Assembly (NCBI GenBank): GCA_009914755.4
Contig: CP068257.2
Span: forward strand, 35,840,001 to 35,904,000
Length of the DNA stretch: 64,000 nucleotides
From: the human T2T-CHM13v2.0 reference genome, Homo sapiens
Direction of reading: 5' to 3'
In this document: one piece after another, positions 1 to 15,380 of the stretch
Layout: every line of letters starts with the position of its first letter
Numbering within the stretch: the first letter of the stretch is position 1
Made by a program: the position numbers and the translations under genes
Notes under the pieces: generated by a model
Seen by the model: the letters and a program-made list of their open reading frames with translations, nothing else
Databases searched by the model: none
Told to the model about the DNA's origin: nothing

Positions 1-599
1 TGGATAATTTTAAGTATTATGCTGCAATTCAATATAGGTACCAAGTACTTAACTAGACTTAAAAATATCTTGTATGTTTAACAGCTGTTTAGCTAGAACT
101 AAAAAAGAGCAAGTCCTCTATGTGTATGCTTCTCCCCTTTTCTCCCTGGGATGGGAGAAGGAAAAAGTTAATTTTTTTCCCCCTTGACTGCTGTTGCTGT
201 GCCTGCTTTAGAAGAAGACAGAGGTAAAGATCAGGGAAGGCAACTTTGTTTCCAAAGAAACATTATGTGCCTGAAACTTAGTAACACCTTCAGACACTTC
301 TTAAAATGGCTTGGTTATGGCATAGCTGAAGGTCTGAGGCTGTGGTAGGTAACCTTCTGCCTGTGTTGTATTCCTGGCCGCCTCTGTGTGTTCTGACCCT
401 GCTCCTCTAGAGAGGAAAGCAGCTAAGCAGGCACCTTTCAACTTTTGAATGGCTTCATAGTATTACAGCATTTAGATGTGTTGTGCCATTCCCCCTCTTT
501 TTGTACTTACGGGTTTCTTGGAAGACAGCTGTAATATGCCTGTAGGCACGCTAGACAAAGTTATGGTCAAGGGGGCGGTAGGGGAGGGCATCTGGGTAA

Positions 600-605
<6 letters not shown>

Positions 606-649
<44 letters not shown>
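606..649. repeat. (GT)n microsatellite, about 22 units.
   Basis: Perfect dinucleotide run. Confidence 0.95.
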
Positions 650-651
<2 letters not shown>

Positions 652-3600
652 ATATACATATGTATTATATTTTAAAAATTTTACATAACTAGTATTTCAC
701 TATCTTTTTGATTTTGAAAAAAATGAACTAAGTTGAACTTTAACCACCATTTATTAAAACATTTCTTTTAAGCTCTAAACAGAGGCTCCAGATCGTCTTT
801 GAGGCACATTTCCTGTCCCCTGGCAACTCTGTGTGTAACGTTTCAAACCCAAGGCATTGTACAAGGGAGAGGAGTACTTTGGGTTTACATGGTTGAGGGT
901 GATGATGAATCCTCTTATTTCATGTGTAAGAAGACCGGGTTATTTGTTGCCATGCCCCACACTGATGCTGGGGCCAAGGCAAGCAAAAGGGGACGCCTAA
1001 GTCCTAGCCTAATGTCTGTCTTCTGTAGAGCAAGCTGAACTTTCAAAGGTATTTCTCGTTTTACCTGTTTTGTAAATGAATATGCTAACTTTGCACGCCG
1101 CAGAGGAATGTGAGATATAGAGAGCAGGCCGAGGTCCATGGGGCTTCATAAAGGGCATTTTGAGCAGCTGGAGGCTTGTGGTTACCATGTCCAGGCTCTT
1201 CCCCTGCTCTCCTTAACTATCCTACAGATGCCTCTGACCTGGGAGGAAGGAAGAGAAGCCCTCATCTCCTGACTGAGAGTGGGAAGTGGCAGTCACTGAA
1301 TGTGCTTGCCGTGTGACATTACTGCATGTCAGGCTGGCAGTTCACTGTTTTGTGTGTGGAGGACTGTTTCTGATGCTCTCTGCTATTTGCTAAGCCATAA
1401 ATAAGGATATACCGTCTGACAACTACTATAATAGTATGAAGGACAGCTTTGAAATCAAGACGTCTGATAACCTTAAGCTGTGGTCACTGTCATTTTTCTC
1501 TTGAAAGATCCTGGACTCTCAGGATCTGGCTTACCATCTTTGATGGACAATCATTTTATTAGCTTGCTTGAAAGAATTAGTTCCTCTGTTATAATCACTG
1601 TAGTGTCAGTTGGAATGACTTGAGCCATTTTTGTAAAACTTGTGAAATCTTTATGTATTTATGAAAGTTAAACTTACTGAAGGCTGAATGACTGCAGTGA
1701 AAGTATGAATCCTTTAATTAAATAAGTGGTTAGCATTTATATAAGCAGTCTAATTAGGACCCCAAATATTTGTTCATTTTCTTTAGGGCTACTAACCTGG
1801 ATGCCCGATGGAGTAATCATCACTGTCCTGTGTAGATCTTGTAGATTTTTGAAAGTACTTTCTGTCTCACAGTGGTGGTAGATTTTGTTTATTTAATTAT
1901 TTAGGGGGCATGTTTTCAGTTTAGCCTGATTAGTTACCTGCTGAATAAATAATGTTATTCTAATACCCTGCTAGGAAGAAATTTATGTAATTGAAATTCT
2001 GATTTCTATGTAACGTTCTGTTTTCGTATTGAGACATGATACTGCCTGACAGGGCTGCTTCAGCAGCTGTCATCTGGTTTGTTGTTTCTTGTGTTGTTAT
2101 ATGGATTCTGCTAGCCTAAAAGGCATTCTTCTCTGTGTCTCTGCAGGGCTGTCCAGTGAGTCATCTAAAATTAAACTTTGATCAGAAATAAGTTTCGTTT
2201 TTTTCCCGCAAAGGACTGGAGTGAGTGGGCTTGAGAATACTTGTATGCAAATTAAAAATATATATATTCATAAATATTTGGGAGCATTAGGTCAAGTGCC
2301 AATTAAGTCAGGAAGGATCCTGCAGCCATAGTCATGAAGATAAACTTTTTAAATTGCATTTGCTCAAACTTAAACATGTTTGTGAGTATTTTGTATAAGC
2401 GACCATTATTTCAGTTGCTATGTTAGATTTGTTGCTTTCTTTAGCATGGATTTTTTTTTTTTGGTAAAGTGTTAGTTTTTAATGTTTCAAAAGATTTTTT
2501 TTGCAGTCATTTAAAATCAATTGTCAGTTAATACCTAAAATTCGGCAGATTGTATGTTTTATTTATTGCAACATGTTGAGAATCTTTTGTTTCCTGTTGA
2601 CATTTTAAAAATCTCCTAATGGCAGATTGATTTGTCTGTGCTCTTTTTGTATTATTAAGTCAGGCAGCAGATACTTAGAGAGCTTCTGCTGTTTTAAGCC
2701 ATGGGGAGGCAGTAGCGAACAAAAGGGGTGGGGGAGTCTTGCGGCGTTCACATCTCAGAAATGTTACTGCGCTATGAGGGAGACTTTGGCCTCTAATCCA
2801 CTGTTAGCCACTAGCCTCCAGTCAAAGTTAGAGAACCACCGGTCTTCATTCTTTTCATTAAGTGGTTGGACTTGTCTAAAAAGGTTTAATTTCACCTCCA
2901 GACTTTGTCTTGAGACATTGCGTGTCTTTGTTTACCTGTCTTTTGTTTCCAAACGTCCCTACGCTCATTCCTAGATTTAATTAAGGGCTCAAAGACTGCT
3001 CAATACCTTGTTTTGTACTAAGTAGGGAAGAATTTTAATTTAAATAGGTTTCATTACTGATTATTAATTTAAAATTTATGGGCACTACAAGAAAAACTAT
3101 TTCTCTACCTGGAATTTTCATGACTGCCAATAACTTAGTACTAGGTGGTATTATCTGCTTTATTCATTCTTATTATTTAAAATATTTTATAACTTTAGGA
3201 TATTAAAGAAAATATAAATTTACCCATATTATATGTTATCCTCTGTACAATATGATAATTTATGGAATCCAGCAGCTATATGTTGGATTACTATTTTAAT
3301 CTTTTCTGTCTTCCAGATGGTATTACCAAAAATAAATCCTTGGCCTCCTATTTCAGCTGTAAGAATTTGGCTTACCTTTTGTAATCAAGAGTGGTAAGGG
3401 CCCTTTTACTGTAGGGTTAAGTAAGATTTTCTGTTATTTAGTTGTTGAGGATAGTACAGTTCCTAAAAAATGATACGTGCTTGTTAAATACAGAATGAAT
3501 GAAAAGCACACATCTGCATATTAGTCTTAAAGTTTTAAGATGATTATTTTTGATTTTCAAATATAGGTAGTATTTCATTTTATTTAAGTTATACATTTAT

Positions 3601-3689
3601 TTAAATTATCTAAGTTATAATAAAATGGCAAAACCACAACTACTTTTACACCAACCGAATACTTACATTTATTTCTCCTGTCCTTTGTG

Positions 3690-5300
3690 CTGTGATTGTT
3701 TTATTTATATGTAATAAACTCCACAATGTTATTTTTGCTTTGAACAGTCAGTTGGCTTTCAAAAATATTAAGAAAAAATGTCTTTTATATTTATCTACAT
3801 ACATATTTACATTTCTGGTGCTCTTTATTCCTTTGTGTGAATCTCAGTTTCTGTCTGGAATCATTTTCCTTCTGTGAACTTGTGTGAACATTTTTTGAGG
3901 GCGGATCTACTGTTGACAAATTCTTTCACTTTCATGGGTCTGAAAAAGTATTTTGCCTTCGTTTTTGAAGGGTGTTCTCACCGGATATAGATTTGTAGGT
4001 TAAAGGTCTTTTTTATTTTCATCATTTAAAGATGTTTTATTTTCTTCTGGCGGTGCACATGGTTTCTGGTGAGAAAGTGGTGACTCCCCTATATGGAAAC
4101 AGGTGTTTTTGTCTCTGGCTGCTTTTACAATTTTTTTCTTCATCATTGGTTTTCAGCAGTTTGGTTGAGTTGCCTCAGTGTGATTTTTGTGTGACTTTTT
4201 CCTTTTTTTTTTTTTTTTAAACTTGTTTTCAGTTTGGTTAATTTATATTGCTTTGTTTTTCCATTCACTTATCTTTTCTTCTGCGGTGTCTGAACTGCTA
4301 TTAGGTCCGTTCAGTGAATTTTTCATTTGAGTTATTTTGTTTCTCATTTTTAGAATTTCCATTTAGTTCCTTTTCGTAGATTCTATTTCTCTATTAAGAT
4401 TCACTATTCCCTTATTTTGTCCATGTTTTCCTTTATATTTTAAAACATTCATAATAGTGGTTTTGGTCTGCTAACTTCACTCTTTCTGTCATTTCTGAGT
4501 CTTAAATGGATTTTTTCCTCCCGAATACAGACCACATTTTCTTGCTTCTTGCTGTGCCTAGTGAATTGGGCTGGCTATGGGGATGAGGAATGCTGGCCCG
4601 TGAGTGTTTGGATTTTGTTGTTCTCTTTAAAGAGTGTTGAATGTCGTCCTGGCAGGCTGTTAATTCACTTGCAGACCATCTTGATCCTTTGAGGTTTGTT
4701 TCAGTCTCTGTTAGAACAGGGGCCAGCCTTTACTGTAGGGCTGGATTAGCCCTAGCCCTAAATGTGGATTTTCTGGGGTCTCTGTTGAATGTCTGTGGGT
4801 TTCTCCACTGTAGCCTGTTTGAACACTCAATGTCTTACAGTCTTGTGTGAATTTTAGTAGTTATTCAGTTCACAGTTCCCTGGTAGTTGTTCTGTGCCTG
4901 GCTTCATGGTCCTTCTCCCAGTGCTTGTGCAGCTTAGCATTTGGCCAAAGAGTCAAGGAGAACCCTATGTACGGATTGATGGAGCTCCTTCTCTTTTTGT
5001 TACCTGCTGCACAAATTCCAGCCAATTCAGTGGCCTTGAACTCTTCCTTCTGTCTCTGCAGCACAGTGAGATTGCTGTGTTCTGTTTGGGCTCCCCCTTC
5101 CTATATTGTACCCTGGAAAGTGCCTCTAGATAGGAAACCAGGGGGATTGTAGGGCTCACCAAGAGTGATTTCTTTTTTCAGTCATCACGATTCTGCACTG
5201 CCTGTTGTCCAGTGTTTGAAAACGGTTATTTCGTATGTTTTGACTAGTTCTTTAGTTGTTTATGATGAATGAGGGAGTCTGGTACCAGGTACTCTACAAA
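3690..5300 (-). mobile_element. Old L1 (LINE-1) fragment, antisense orientation.
   Basis: Pyrimidine-rich antisense-L1 texture and resemblance to the reverse complement of the L1 ORF1/ORF2 region. Boundaries are approximate. Confidence 0.5.
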
Positions 5301-5506
5301 GGTCATAAGTGGAAATCTGATAATACAAATTCCTAAGGGTAACATGTTTTTATCCATAACCCATTGTTACTAACAATTTTAATATATAGATTCAGTTAAT
5401 CTTTCATGCTGAAAAACCTGAGATTTTATTTACGTCTTATATGAGCAATTTCATTGTGTTTCTAGATAATTGAGTATGCTCTTTTGGCTAGTGGGTTGAC
5501 AAGCTT

Positions 5507-5541
5507 GTGTGTGCATGTGTGTGTGTGTGTGTTTAATGTTG

Positions 5542-5593
<52 letters not shown>
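5507..5593. repeat. Compound (GT)n microsatellite.
   Basis: Two GT runs separated by ttaatgttggcac. Confidence 0.95.
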
Positions 5594-5595
<2 letters not shown>

Positions 5596-7823
5596 CCTGT
5601 AGTAACACATATTGGCCACTAGAGGGTAATAAGAAAGCAGTTCATTTGTTCTTATTGGCTCACTGTTACTAAATAGTCCTTATCATTAGACTTTTTGCAT
5701 AGTCACAGTCATTGCTTACTTTCACTTTAATATATATTTATTTAACACCTTCTGTGGAGCCAGGCACTGCACTGTGTGCTTGGGATATAAAAATGAGTAA
5801 GAGCAGTTGACTGAGCAATAGCTGTAGCCTGTGCTATAAGACTTTTCTCTGCTTTTGATTCAAGAACCTCTCATTTAAAAAATACTACATTCATCCTTAC
5901 CTCCCGTGCAGTCCCCTCCCTCCCTCTCTCAATGATTTCTTCACAGTCTAAATATTCCTGATGGATTCAGTTCATTCCTTTATTGCACAGATATTTATTG
6001 AATGCAGGCCATGTGCCAGGCACTGTTCTTGGTGCTGATGATAAAATCGTGAACAAAGCTTACTCATGGACTTTCGTTCACTTACCCTCTTAATCATGTG
6101 CCTTTATTTCCGGCCATCATTAGAGGTGCAATTCATTTTGGATGTGCCTTGTTGCTAGGGACCTCGTGGGTTTTTGCCCACATAAGCTTGGTTGCCCTCC
6201 TCATTTCTTAGTGGATTCTGTCTTAGAACCTCAGCCTCATAAGTTTCCACATTTAGATGCTATAGTTTTAATTAAATTATTTTCATTTACTTTTTGTTCT
6301 TTAATATTGTTCTTTGATTTAACTGTTTCTCTTTAAAATCTACTATCAATTAATACTGTCACAGGAATGGTCCCCTGTTAACACATTACTAACAAAGAAA
6401 TTCAGGTTAGGTAAGAATAACATTCAGATCTACAAGTAGAGCTACGTGTGGGTTATGTATCAGAGATGATGGCTTCTGATACTTGTTATTTTTACTTTTT
6501 TGTTTTTAAACTTAGGGTCTTTTCTCATGCTTTTTGTATTTGCTGTTTCCTCTGTGTTTACCACTATCTTTTTGAATCTTATGTCCCAGTCTTTGAGATG
6601 TGTTGTTTATGAAATATTTCTCTGTAGAATCAGTGCTGATCCATACTGGTAATATGGTCTCTAGTTATTATAGTTCCTTGCTAGAACATAGTAACGTGGC
6701 TGAAGTAAGAAAGCTGCTTCATTTTTCTTTTAGTAAAATATTGAATTTTTCCCAAGTTTAGCAAAGTTACAGAAACATGCTCATGGTAAAAATGATCCAT
6801 ACAGTTCAGAAGCACGTAAAGACAGAACTCCACATGCATGATTTTCTCCAACATGCTTTCCATACTGTTTGACAGCAGTTGAAAATACTTTGGAACTGCA
6901 CTCCAAATGATGATTTTAGATAGCTTTGAATTATTTGTTAAGTTCATCATTAAATTATAACATTATCTGATGTTAAAACATGTATTGTGATACATTCTTA
7001 AGCTAAGATATTATTATACTGAGTTGAATAAAGATTATATAATACGGTAGATAGTAGGTTGAACCATATGAAATTACTGTTTTTGTAAGCCAAGGGTAGT
7101 CAGAAATCTATCAGCAGTTTCATATGGTTCCGCATAATACTTTATATGATCATCCCTGTTACAGGATGAACTGAGTCATTTTTTCCATTAACATTTGCAT
7201 TAAAATTTTAGGAAGATAGAAACTTAAGAGTAAAAACATGGGTAATTTGCTTAATTATGAAATCAGGTTAACTAGAAATACGCATATTAGTTTTGTCCCC
7301 TTGGAATCTTATCATAGGAAAGGAATGAATGAATGGATAACTTAAATACTTTTTGGTGTTGCAGGAGGAAATTAAACTTAGGTTTATTCTGAATTTCATA
7401 CACAGCAGTCGAGTTAAGAAAGGAGACAATGAGCATGTGGCAAGCACACCTCGTTTATATACCATGTTTACCAGCAGTCCTCCTGTACTGGTGGCTTAAT
7501 CTTTCTTCACTTTCACTAAATAACTGATAATGTCACTAACTAGTTATGATAGGTGTTATAATACATAGCTAAAAAGGTACCAGAAGTGAAAAAGTTTTTT
7601 CTTGCCAATTCACATTCAGATCATCCACAGCAAATTCCAAAAAGAACATCAGATTCTTTGTCACCTAGCATATCACCGTTATGCATGGGAATGTGTATTA
7701 TTCTCCCTAAAAAAAGTTTCAACTTTATAACTAGAAAAGTAAATCTATTGGGGAAAAAAAACCCTCTAGTGTATTGTTTAGATAGACTATAACTTATTTT
7801 TGGATTATCCACTACTTGAATTA

Positions 7824-8222
<399 letters not shown>

Positions 8223-9597
8223 TCAAGCTCTACTGAATCAGAACCGTCATTTTTAAAAAGATTGAAAAACAATTTGCAGGCACATTAAAGTCCAAGAAGT
8301 GCTGTTACAGATTATGAATGGCATTGTCACCTCCGCAAGACAGTGCTGATGCAGCCCCTCAGTAAGTGCTTGTTGAATTTAATGCATATAATTCACTCAA
8401 TCTAGATTCAAAAAATGAAACAAGTATTTCAGGAGGGTAGTGATAACAGCAGTAATCAAGGGAACTACCTGTTTCTTTGTAATTCTTTCATAGCTATCTG
8501 GATGTCACAGAATTACCCATCTTTCCTTCCAGATGCATCTTTCAGTCTGATTCTATCCATGCTGGATGGTCATTTGGATGTCTTGTGAATACAGTAGATA
8601 TACACACATATGTGTATGGATGAGAGAGCAACAGAATTAAAACAGAAATCAACATAGTGGATGAGTTTAGGGAGTAATTAGATTTTGATTAGTCAAGGAT
8701 GCATAATCTTTTGTAATATTGTAATATATAAGGTAACTAAAAAATAAAAATATGGGGAGATGATATAAAAAATTCCAGCAAAAGATAAGAAAGGAAAAGG
8801 AACATAAAACAGTTGGAACAAATAGATTGTTAGTGTTCATTTATAGATACAGCTCAACCACATACTCTTTACAAGAGATAAACCTAAAATACAAGGAAAC
8901 AGAAGAAGGTAAAGGTAAAAAGATGGACAAAAGACATACCATACAAAAATTGATGCAGAGAAGGCTTGGTGTAGTCAGACTGATAACAGATAAAGCAAAA
9001 AGCTTTACTAGAAATAAAGAGGGCAGTTTATGATGATAAAAGGTATTATTCATCAGGAAGGCATAACAACCCTGAATTTGTATTATCCAGTATAACACTT
9101 TAAGTAGGAGATTTTTAATACATTGTTGTTGGTAACTGATAGAACAAGATGAGACCAAAATTAAAAAAAAAATACCTATATAAGACAGCATACTTAATAA
9201 AATTAAACCTTTGATGAGGCGGACCATGAAGAAAGAGAAGACCTCATTAACCAATGTTGAGGTGAAGAGGATATCACAAAAGCTTATGAGAAGATATTAT
9301 AAAAACTTGATGTCAGTCCATTTGAAATTTAGATGAAGTTATACTATTAGAAAACTACAACTTAACAGACACAGCAGAAAATAGAAAATCTGAATAGTCC
9401 TATTAAACATGATCCTTAGTGGAAAGAGCTACCCACTAGTTTTGAAGTCTTTGGGATTTACAAAAGAAAAAAAAAAAAAACAAAACAAAAAAACGGAAAC
9501 TATCCACAAGCAAAACTCCTGGTCCAGAAGGTTTCACCAGTGAATCTACCACACACGCATAAAATCATGACCAAATCGCATTCCAGAAATGGAAAAT

Positions 9598-9888
9598 CTT
9601 TTTTTGTTTGTTTTCACAGGATCTTGCCCTGGGCTAGAGTGCAAGTGGTGCAATCATGGCTCACTGCACCCTCCTCCTCCTGGGCCCAGGTGATCCTCTA
9701 ACCTCAGCCTCCTGAGTAACTGGGACCATAGGCATGTGCCACCACACCCTACTAATGTTTTAATTTTTTTGTAGAGATGGGGTCTCACTATGTTGTCTAG
9801 GCTGGTCTCAAACTCCTGGGCTCAAGTGATTTTCCCACCTTGGCCTCCAGATTGCTGGGATTACTGGTGGGAACCACCATGCTTGGCT
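9598..9888 (-). mobile_element. Alu SINE (- orientation) inserted in the L1.
   Basis: Poly-T start, then gagatggggtctcactatgttg...; ends ...ccaccatgcttggc. Confidence 0.88.
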
Positions 9889-10473
9889 CAAGGAAAGTCG
9901 TTTATCATTTCAAAAATCAATCAGCGTCATTCACCACATCAACAGAGTAAATCAGAAAGGTCATCTCATTTCAGTAGATACAGAAAGAGCATTTAATAAA
10001 AGTCAGCATCTATTCATGAGGAAAAGGTCTTAGAAAACTAGCAGTAGAAGGAAACTTTGTTAATCTGGGAATAGTATCTGTTAAAAACCTGCAGCAACCA
10101 TAATACTGGAGAAATGTTGAAAGCTTTCTTTCTAAGAAAGCTGTATTTCCAAGATTGAGAATATGTGAGAGTAGTGTCTGTTACCTCCTTTTTAAATCAT
10201 CACTGTACTAAAGGTCCCAGCAAGTAGAATAAGGCAAGGGAAAGAATAAGGATTGGAAAAGAAAAATAAAATTGTTCAGATGCTCACTAGCCACATGTGG
10301 CTATTTGCTACATTACTGATACAGGTAAATCCATCATTGCGGAAAATTCTGTTGGGCACCACCATTCTATAGAGATCAATGCAATTTCAATTTCAACATC
10401 CCAACATGGATTTGTTTTGGTGGATTTGATGAGGTGAATCAGGAACTTACATGGAATAGCCAAACTTACTTAC

Positions 10474-10765
10474 TTTTTTTTTCTTTTAGAGGTAAGGTCT
10501 CTGTTACCCAGGCTGGAGCACATACAGTGGCACAATCATAACTCACTGCAGCCTTGAAATCTTGGGCTCAGGCAGTCCTCCCACCCGAGCCTCCTGAGTA
10601 ATTGGAACTACAGGTGTGCGTCACCATGCCTGGCTTTTTTTTTTTCTTACAGAGATGAGGTGGTGGTGTGTTTCCCAGGCTGGTCTCAGACTCTCGGGCT
10701 CAAGTGATTCCCGCCTCGGCCTCCCAAAGCCCTGCAATTACAGGCATGAGCCCCTGCGCCTGGCC
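10474..10765 (-). mobile_element. Alu SINE (- orientation) inserted in the L1.
   Basis: Poly-T, then the reverse-complement Alu body, ending ...gcgcctggcc. Confidence 0.88.
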
Positions 10766-11820
10766 TGCCAAAACATTCTTGAAGAAGAACAGAATTTCCT
10801 GTTGGATCTTAAAATTTTTAAAGCTATTGTAATTTAGGTAGTGTCCAGTTCTTGAACAGAGACCTAGGTAGGTAAGTCTGTATCCAGTAGAACAGAATAG
10901 GCAGTCCAAAACTAGATCCAAGCATAAAGGGAAATGTGATTTATGATAAGGATGGGGTTACAGAGCAGTGGAGAATGTTTGTCTTTTAAATAATTGGTTA
11001 AGGATCAATTGGATGTTAATTTGGAGGGGGAAATGAAACTTGATTCCTATTTTACACAGAAGTCAAATGCAAATGGATTTTGCATTTAGATGTGAGAGAG
11101 AAAGCCCAGTGTTGTTTAGAAGGTAATAGATTTTTTTCATGACTTTGATATAAGGAAAAATTTCTTAGATTCCAAAAGTATAGTACTAATTGTAAAGCAA
11201 AAGTTGATAAAATTAAGAACTTTTATTCATCAAAGTATACCATTAAGAGGGTGACAAGGCAAGCTGCCTGTAACCAATAGGGGCTCGATCATATTCAGAA
11301 TATGGATTTTTAAAAATCCTAGAAATTTGTAAGAAATGGGCTTACAATTCAGTAGAAAAAATAGAAAAGCAACCTGAATGTACATTTCACGATGTGATGT
11401 ATAAGTGGCCAATAGACATGCAAAAATGCTCAGAGTAACTAGGAAAATGCAAATTAAAAACCACATTGGAGTACCACAGCACAAATACACTTAGCATAAT
11501 GGCTGAAATTAGACTGATGATTGCATGCCATAGTGAAGGAGTGGAGCGTGAGAATTTTTCATAAACTGCTAGTGGATAAATTGATTGGAACAAAAAAAGA
11601 CCAGAAAAACAACAGGACAGCATCTCTGTGTATACCAAACGATGCATAACAAGAAGCTTACAAGTGGCAGTGTTCATAGTAGCCCCAAACTGGAAATAAT
11701 CCAGGTGTCGGTCAGTAGTAGAATGGATAAATTATCATTTGTCCATATTGTTGTAAAGCAAGGTAATGGACAAACTGCAGTTTATAGGCATAAGATGAAG
11801 TAAACAATTCTACTCTATTA

Positions 11821-12223
11821 CATTAGTTTGTACTTGCCCTGCTATAAATAAATACCTGAGACTGGGCAATTTATAAAGAAAGGAGGTTTAGTTGGCTCAT
11901 GGTTCTTTCTTCAGGCTGTACAGGAAGCATGAAAGCCTCTGGGGAGGCTTCAGGAAGACTTTCAATCATGGCAGAAGGCGTTGGAGAAGCAGGCATGTCT
12001 TACATGGCCTGCAAAGTCAGGCAAAAGGGGGAGGTGCCACACAGTTTTAAACAGCCTTTTTTCGTGAGAACTCTTATCACGAGGATAGCACTAGGGGGGA
12101 TGGTGCTAAACCATTAGAAACCACCCTCCTAATCCAATAACCTCCTACCGGGGCCCTCCTCCAATATTGGGGATTACAGTTCGACATGAGAATTAGGCAG
12201 GGACACAGATCCAAACTGTATCA
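11821..12223 (-). mobile_element. MaLR LTR (THE1/MST-family-like solo LTR), - orientation.
   Basis: Matches the reverse complement of the THE1-type LTR: ...ctataaataaatacctgagactgggcaatttataaagaaaggaggtttag...atcatggcagaaggc...ccaaactgtatca. Confidence 0.7.
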
Positions 12224-12241
12224 CCTGCTTATATGAAAACA

Positions 12242-12585
<344 letters not shown>

Positions 12586-15011
12586 TTAGAAAGGGTCATA
12601 GAGTGGTGTGGTGGGTTTCTGGGATGCTGGCCATTTTTTCCCCGTTTCGTGACACAGATTGATTTTATGATAGTAATTTAAGCTTTGTGCTAATGATTTT
12701 TATCCTCTTTTCTACAATATTGCATTGAATAAGTTTAAACATAGTATATAACAGTGACATAGATAATAAAAACAGAAGCTAACATTTTTATAAAAAGTGT
12801 TTGGTGTGTGTCACAGGTTTCATTCTGTGTGCCTGTTGGTGGTATCTCATTTAAACTTTGTAACAAGGAATAGGGTCAGTATAGTAATACCTCTGCTTCA
12901 TAGATAGGGAATCTAAGGCTTTGAATGGTTAAGAAATTTGCCAGTCACAGCCTTAGTCTTTTACTGTTTATAAGAACTTTTTATATATTAAGGACCTCAA
13001 TTCTTTTTATTTATATTCCTTCCTACCTTTTTCTTTTTAATGTTCAGATTTAAAAGCCCTCATCACCCCCAGTATTTGAATTTAGATTTTCAATGTTTTG
13101 CTTTTACAAACAACACCAGGATAAACATGCTTGGCATCTTTGTGCACATCATTGATTATTGCCTTAGTGTAAGTTTGTAGAAGTTCTTTTAAAAAGTGAA
13201 CAAGGTTGTTTTACAGAATTGAATTGAATGAAAGTATTTTTGACTATGAATGATGAAATGTTTAGAAAAGTTGGCCATCTTTCACCACAGTTGTACTATC
13301 CTTTTACTTATTTAATAAACATTATTAATCATGTAGATTGGGAAAGTTAAGGACCTCACTGTAATGGGGAGAGACAGAAGAGAATCTAAAGTCTGAAAGC
13401 AATGCTAGGGGCAGTTGACATTCCAGCTTCAGCAGGGGTAGAGGACTTGAGATTTGTATTTTAGAAAGGTCACTTTAGCCATGTTATTGAGTAGATCCAG
13501 AATTGAAAATAGAATAAAGACAGCTATTAGGAATCTGTTTTGGTAATCTTAAGTGTTATATGTGGTGATGTAGATGAAAAGGTTGTGTTTGAGTATTCTG
13601 TTAGGAGAGGGAATGAGCAAGATTGGGCAGCTGTAAGGGAAGAACTCTAACATGACTGCCAGAGTGTTGAGTCTCGTTGACTGCGTAGGAAATGGTGTCA
13701 TTCCCTGTGGTGGAAAGTAGAGGTGGAACTTATGTTTGGGGAGCTTTGTTCTCTTTGTTTTGCAGAGTGTGTGCCACATTCAGGTAGAGATGGTATGCTC
13801 CACAAGGTGGGCACTGGCCCCATGAGCCTTTACTGCACATTGACTGTGCATTACTCTACAGTACTTGCAGATAACATTGGGCCATTTATTAATTGCCAGA
13901 GCTGTTCTGAGTATGTTGTATGTACTAAAGCACTAAACCTTCATAACAACCTTTTCAGGTAGGTATTATTATCATTATCAGGATATTAGGTATGCATGGC
14001 CATACAGCTGGTCACCGGTAGTGCTGGGATCTCCAACCCCAGCAACCTGGCTGAGAGTCTGTGCCCTTCACTGTTGGACCACCATTATTGTGTGTCTTGA
14101 AAATGGTAGAAGTCGGAAGTATTTTGCTACTGAGCGTTATGGTCGGTTGTGTTGTGGCTGTTAGCTGGTTCATTCAGGAGGACAGGCACAAGTATTTTGA
14201 ATCTAGTCATTCTTGTTGACCAAGGTTTTAGGCTTTAGTCTGTGATTACAAATTTGGCTGAATTTAAGAAAAATCTTTTTTTTATCCTTTTCTTAAAGAA
14301 TTACCTTTTATTAGATACCATTACTTTTATGGACCAAAGTGTTAATTTTTCATTTCCACCATGGATATCATGATCATGGTTCATCCTACCCGTAGGATAA
14401 TTATTGGCTATTTTTTCTTTGTGGTGAGCTTGCCAGGTCTAGATTCCCTTAGGACTGTTTGAAAGGTGCAGAGAAATCCAACGACCTTGGGTTGAGAAGT
14501 TTAGTTCTGTGTTTTATGTTTGTTTTCCTGTTTTTATATCCAACCTTTGATTGCCTGTGTCAGTGGAGAGCACCATAAGGTTTCACCTGGTTTGGGGAAT
14601 GCTGGCGATGTTGTTTGCCGTAAACCTGGCAGCAGGTGCAAAATAGCATCTCAGAAATGTTCCTTTGAGTTGGTTTGTGAGGAGCTGGTCTGTTGGAGAA
14701 GTCCCTCAATAATTAAAAGATTACTTATTTAACTTGTATTATGGTTCTTAATTTATGAAAATCTCGTAGGTGAAAGTAAGTCTTAAAGGTTGTTGCTGTT
14801 GCTTTACAAAAAGATTTTCTGAAGATTTTCTCAATACAAGTTTATATTCATTTTAATCACTATGGATCTTCTATACCATTAAAAACATAACTGTTGTGTT
14901 GAGTAACATATACCTGTTTGTAGTTAGAAAAGTTTTTTAATATTGAATATCCTAAAGTTCTTATTTAAGGAACCATTAGATATGTCAAATGATACAAACA
15001 TTAGGATATGA

Positions 15012-15380
<369 letters not shown>

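Larger units (their letters stand above)
8600..11815 (+). mobile_element. Old L1 (L1M/L1PB-like) ORF2 to 3'-end fragment in sense orientation, interrupted by two later Alu insertions.
   Basis: Segments read like L1 ORF2, e.g. ...tcatctcatttcagtagatacagaaagagcatttaataaaagtcagcatctattcatgag... and the 3'-region ...aaatgcaaattaaaaaccacattggagtaccac... Boundaries are approximate. Confidence 0.65.

Noticed and set aside
606-649. (GT)n and other short tandem repeats as CRISPR-like arrays
   Set aside because: These are simple dinucleotide or pentanucleotide microsatellites without spacers.
8841-9254. A 137-aa ORF on the - strand
   Set aside because: It lies antisense within an old L1 fragment. It has a hydrophobic low-complexity translation typical of AT-rich repeat antisense and is not a gene.
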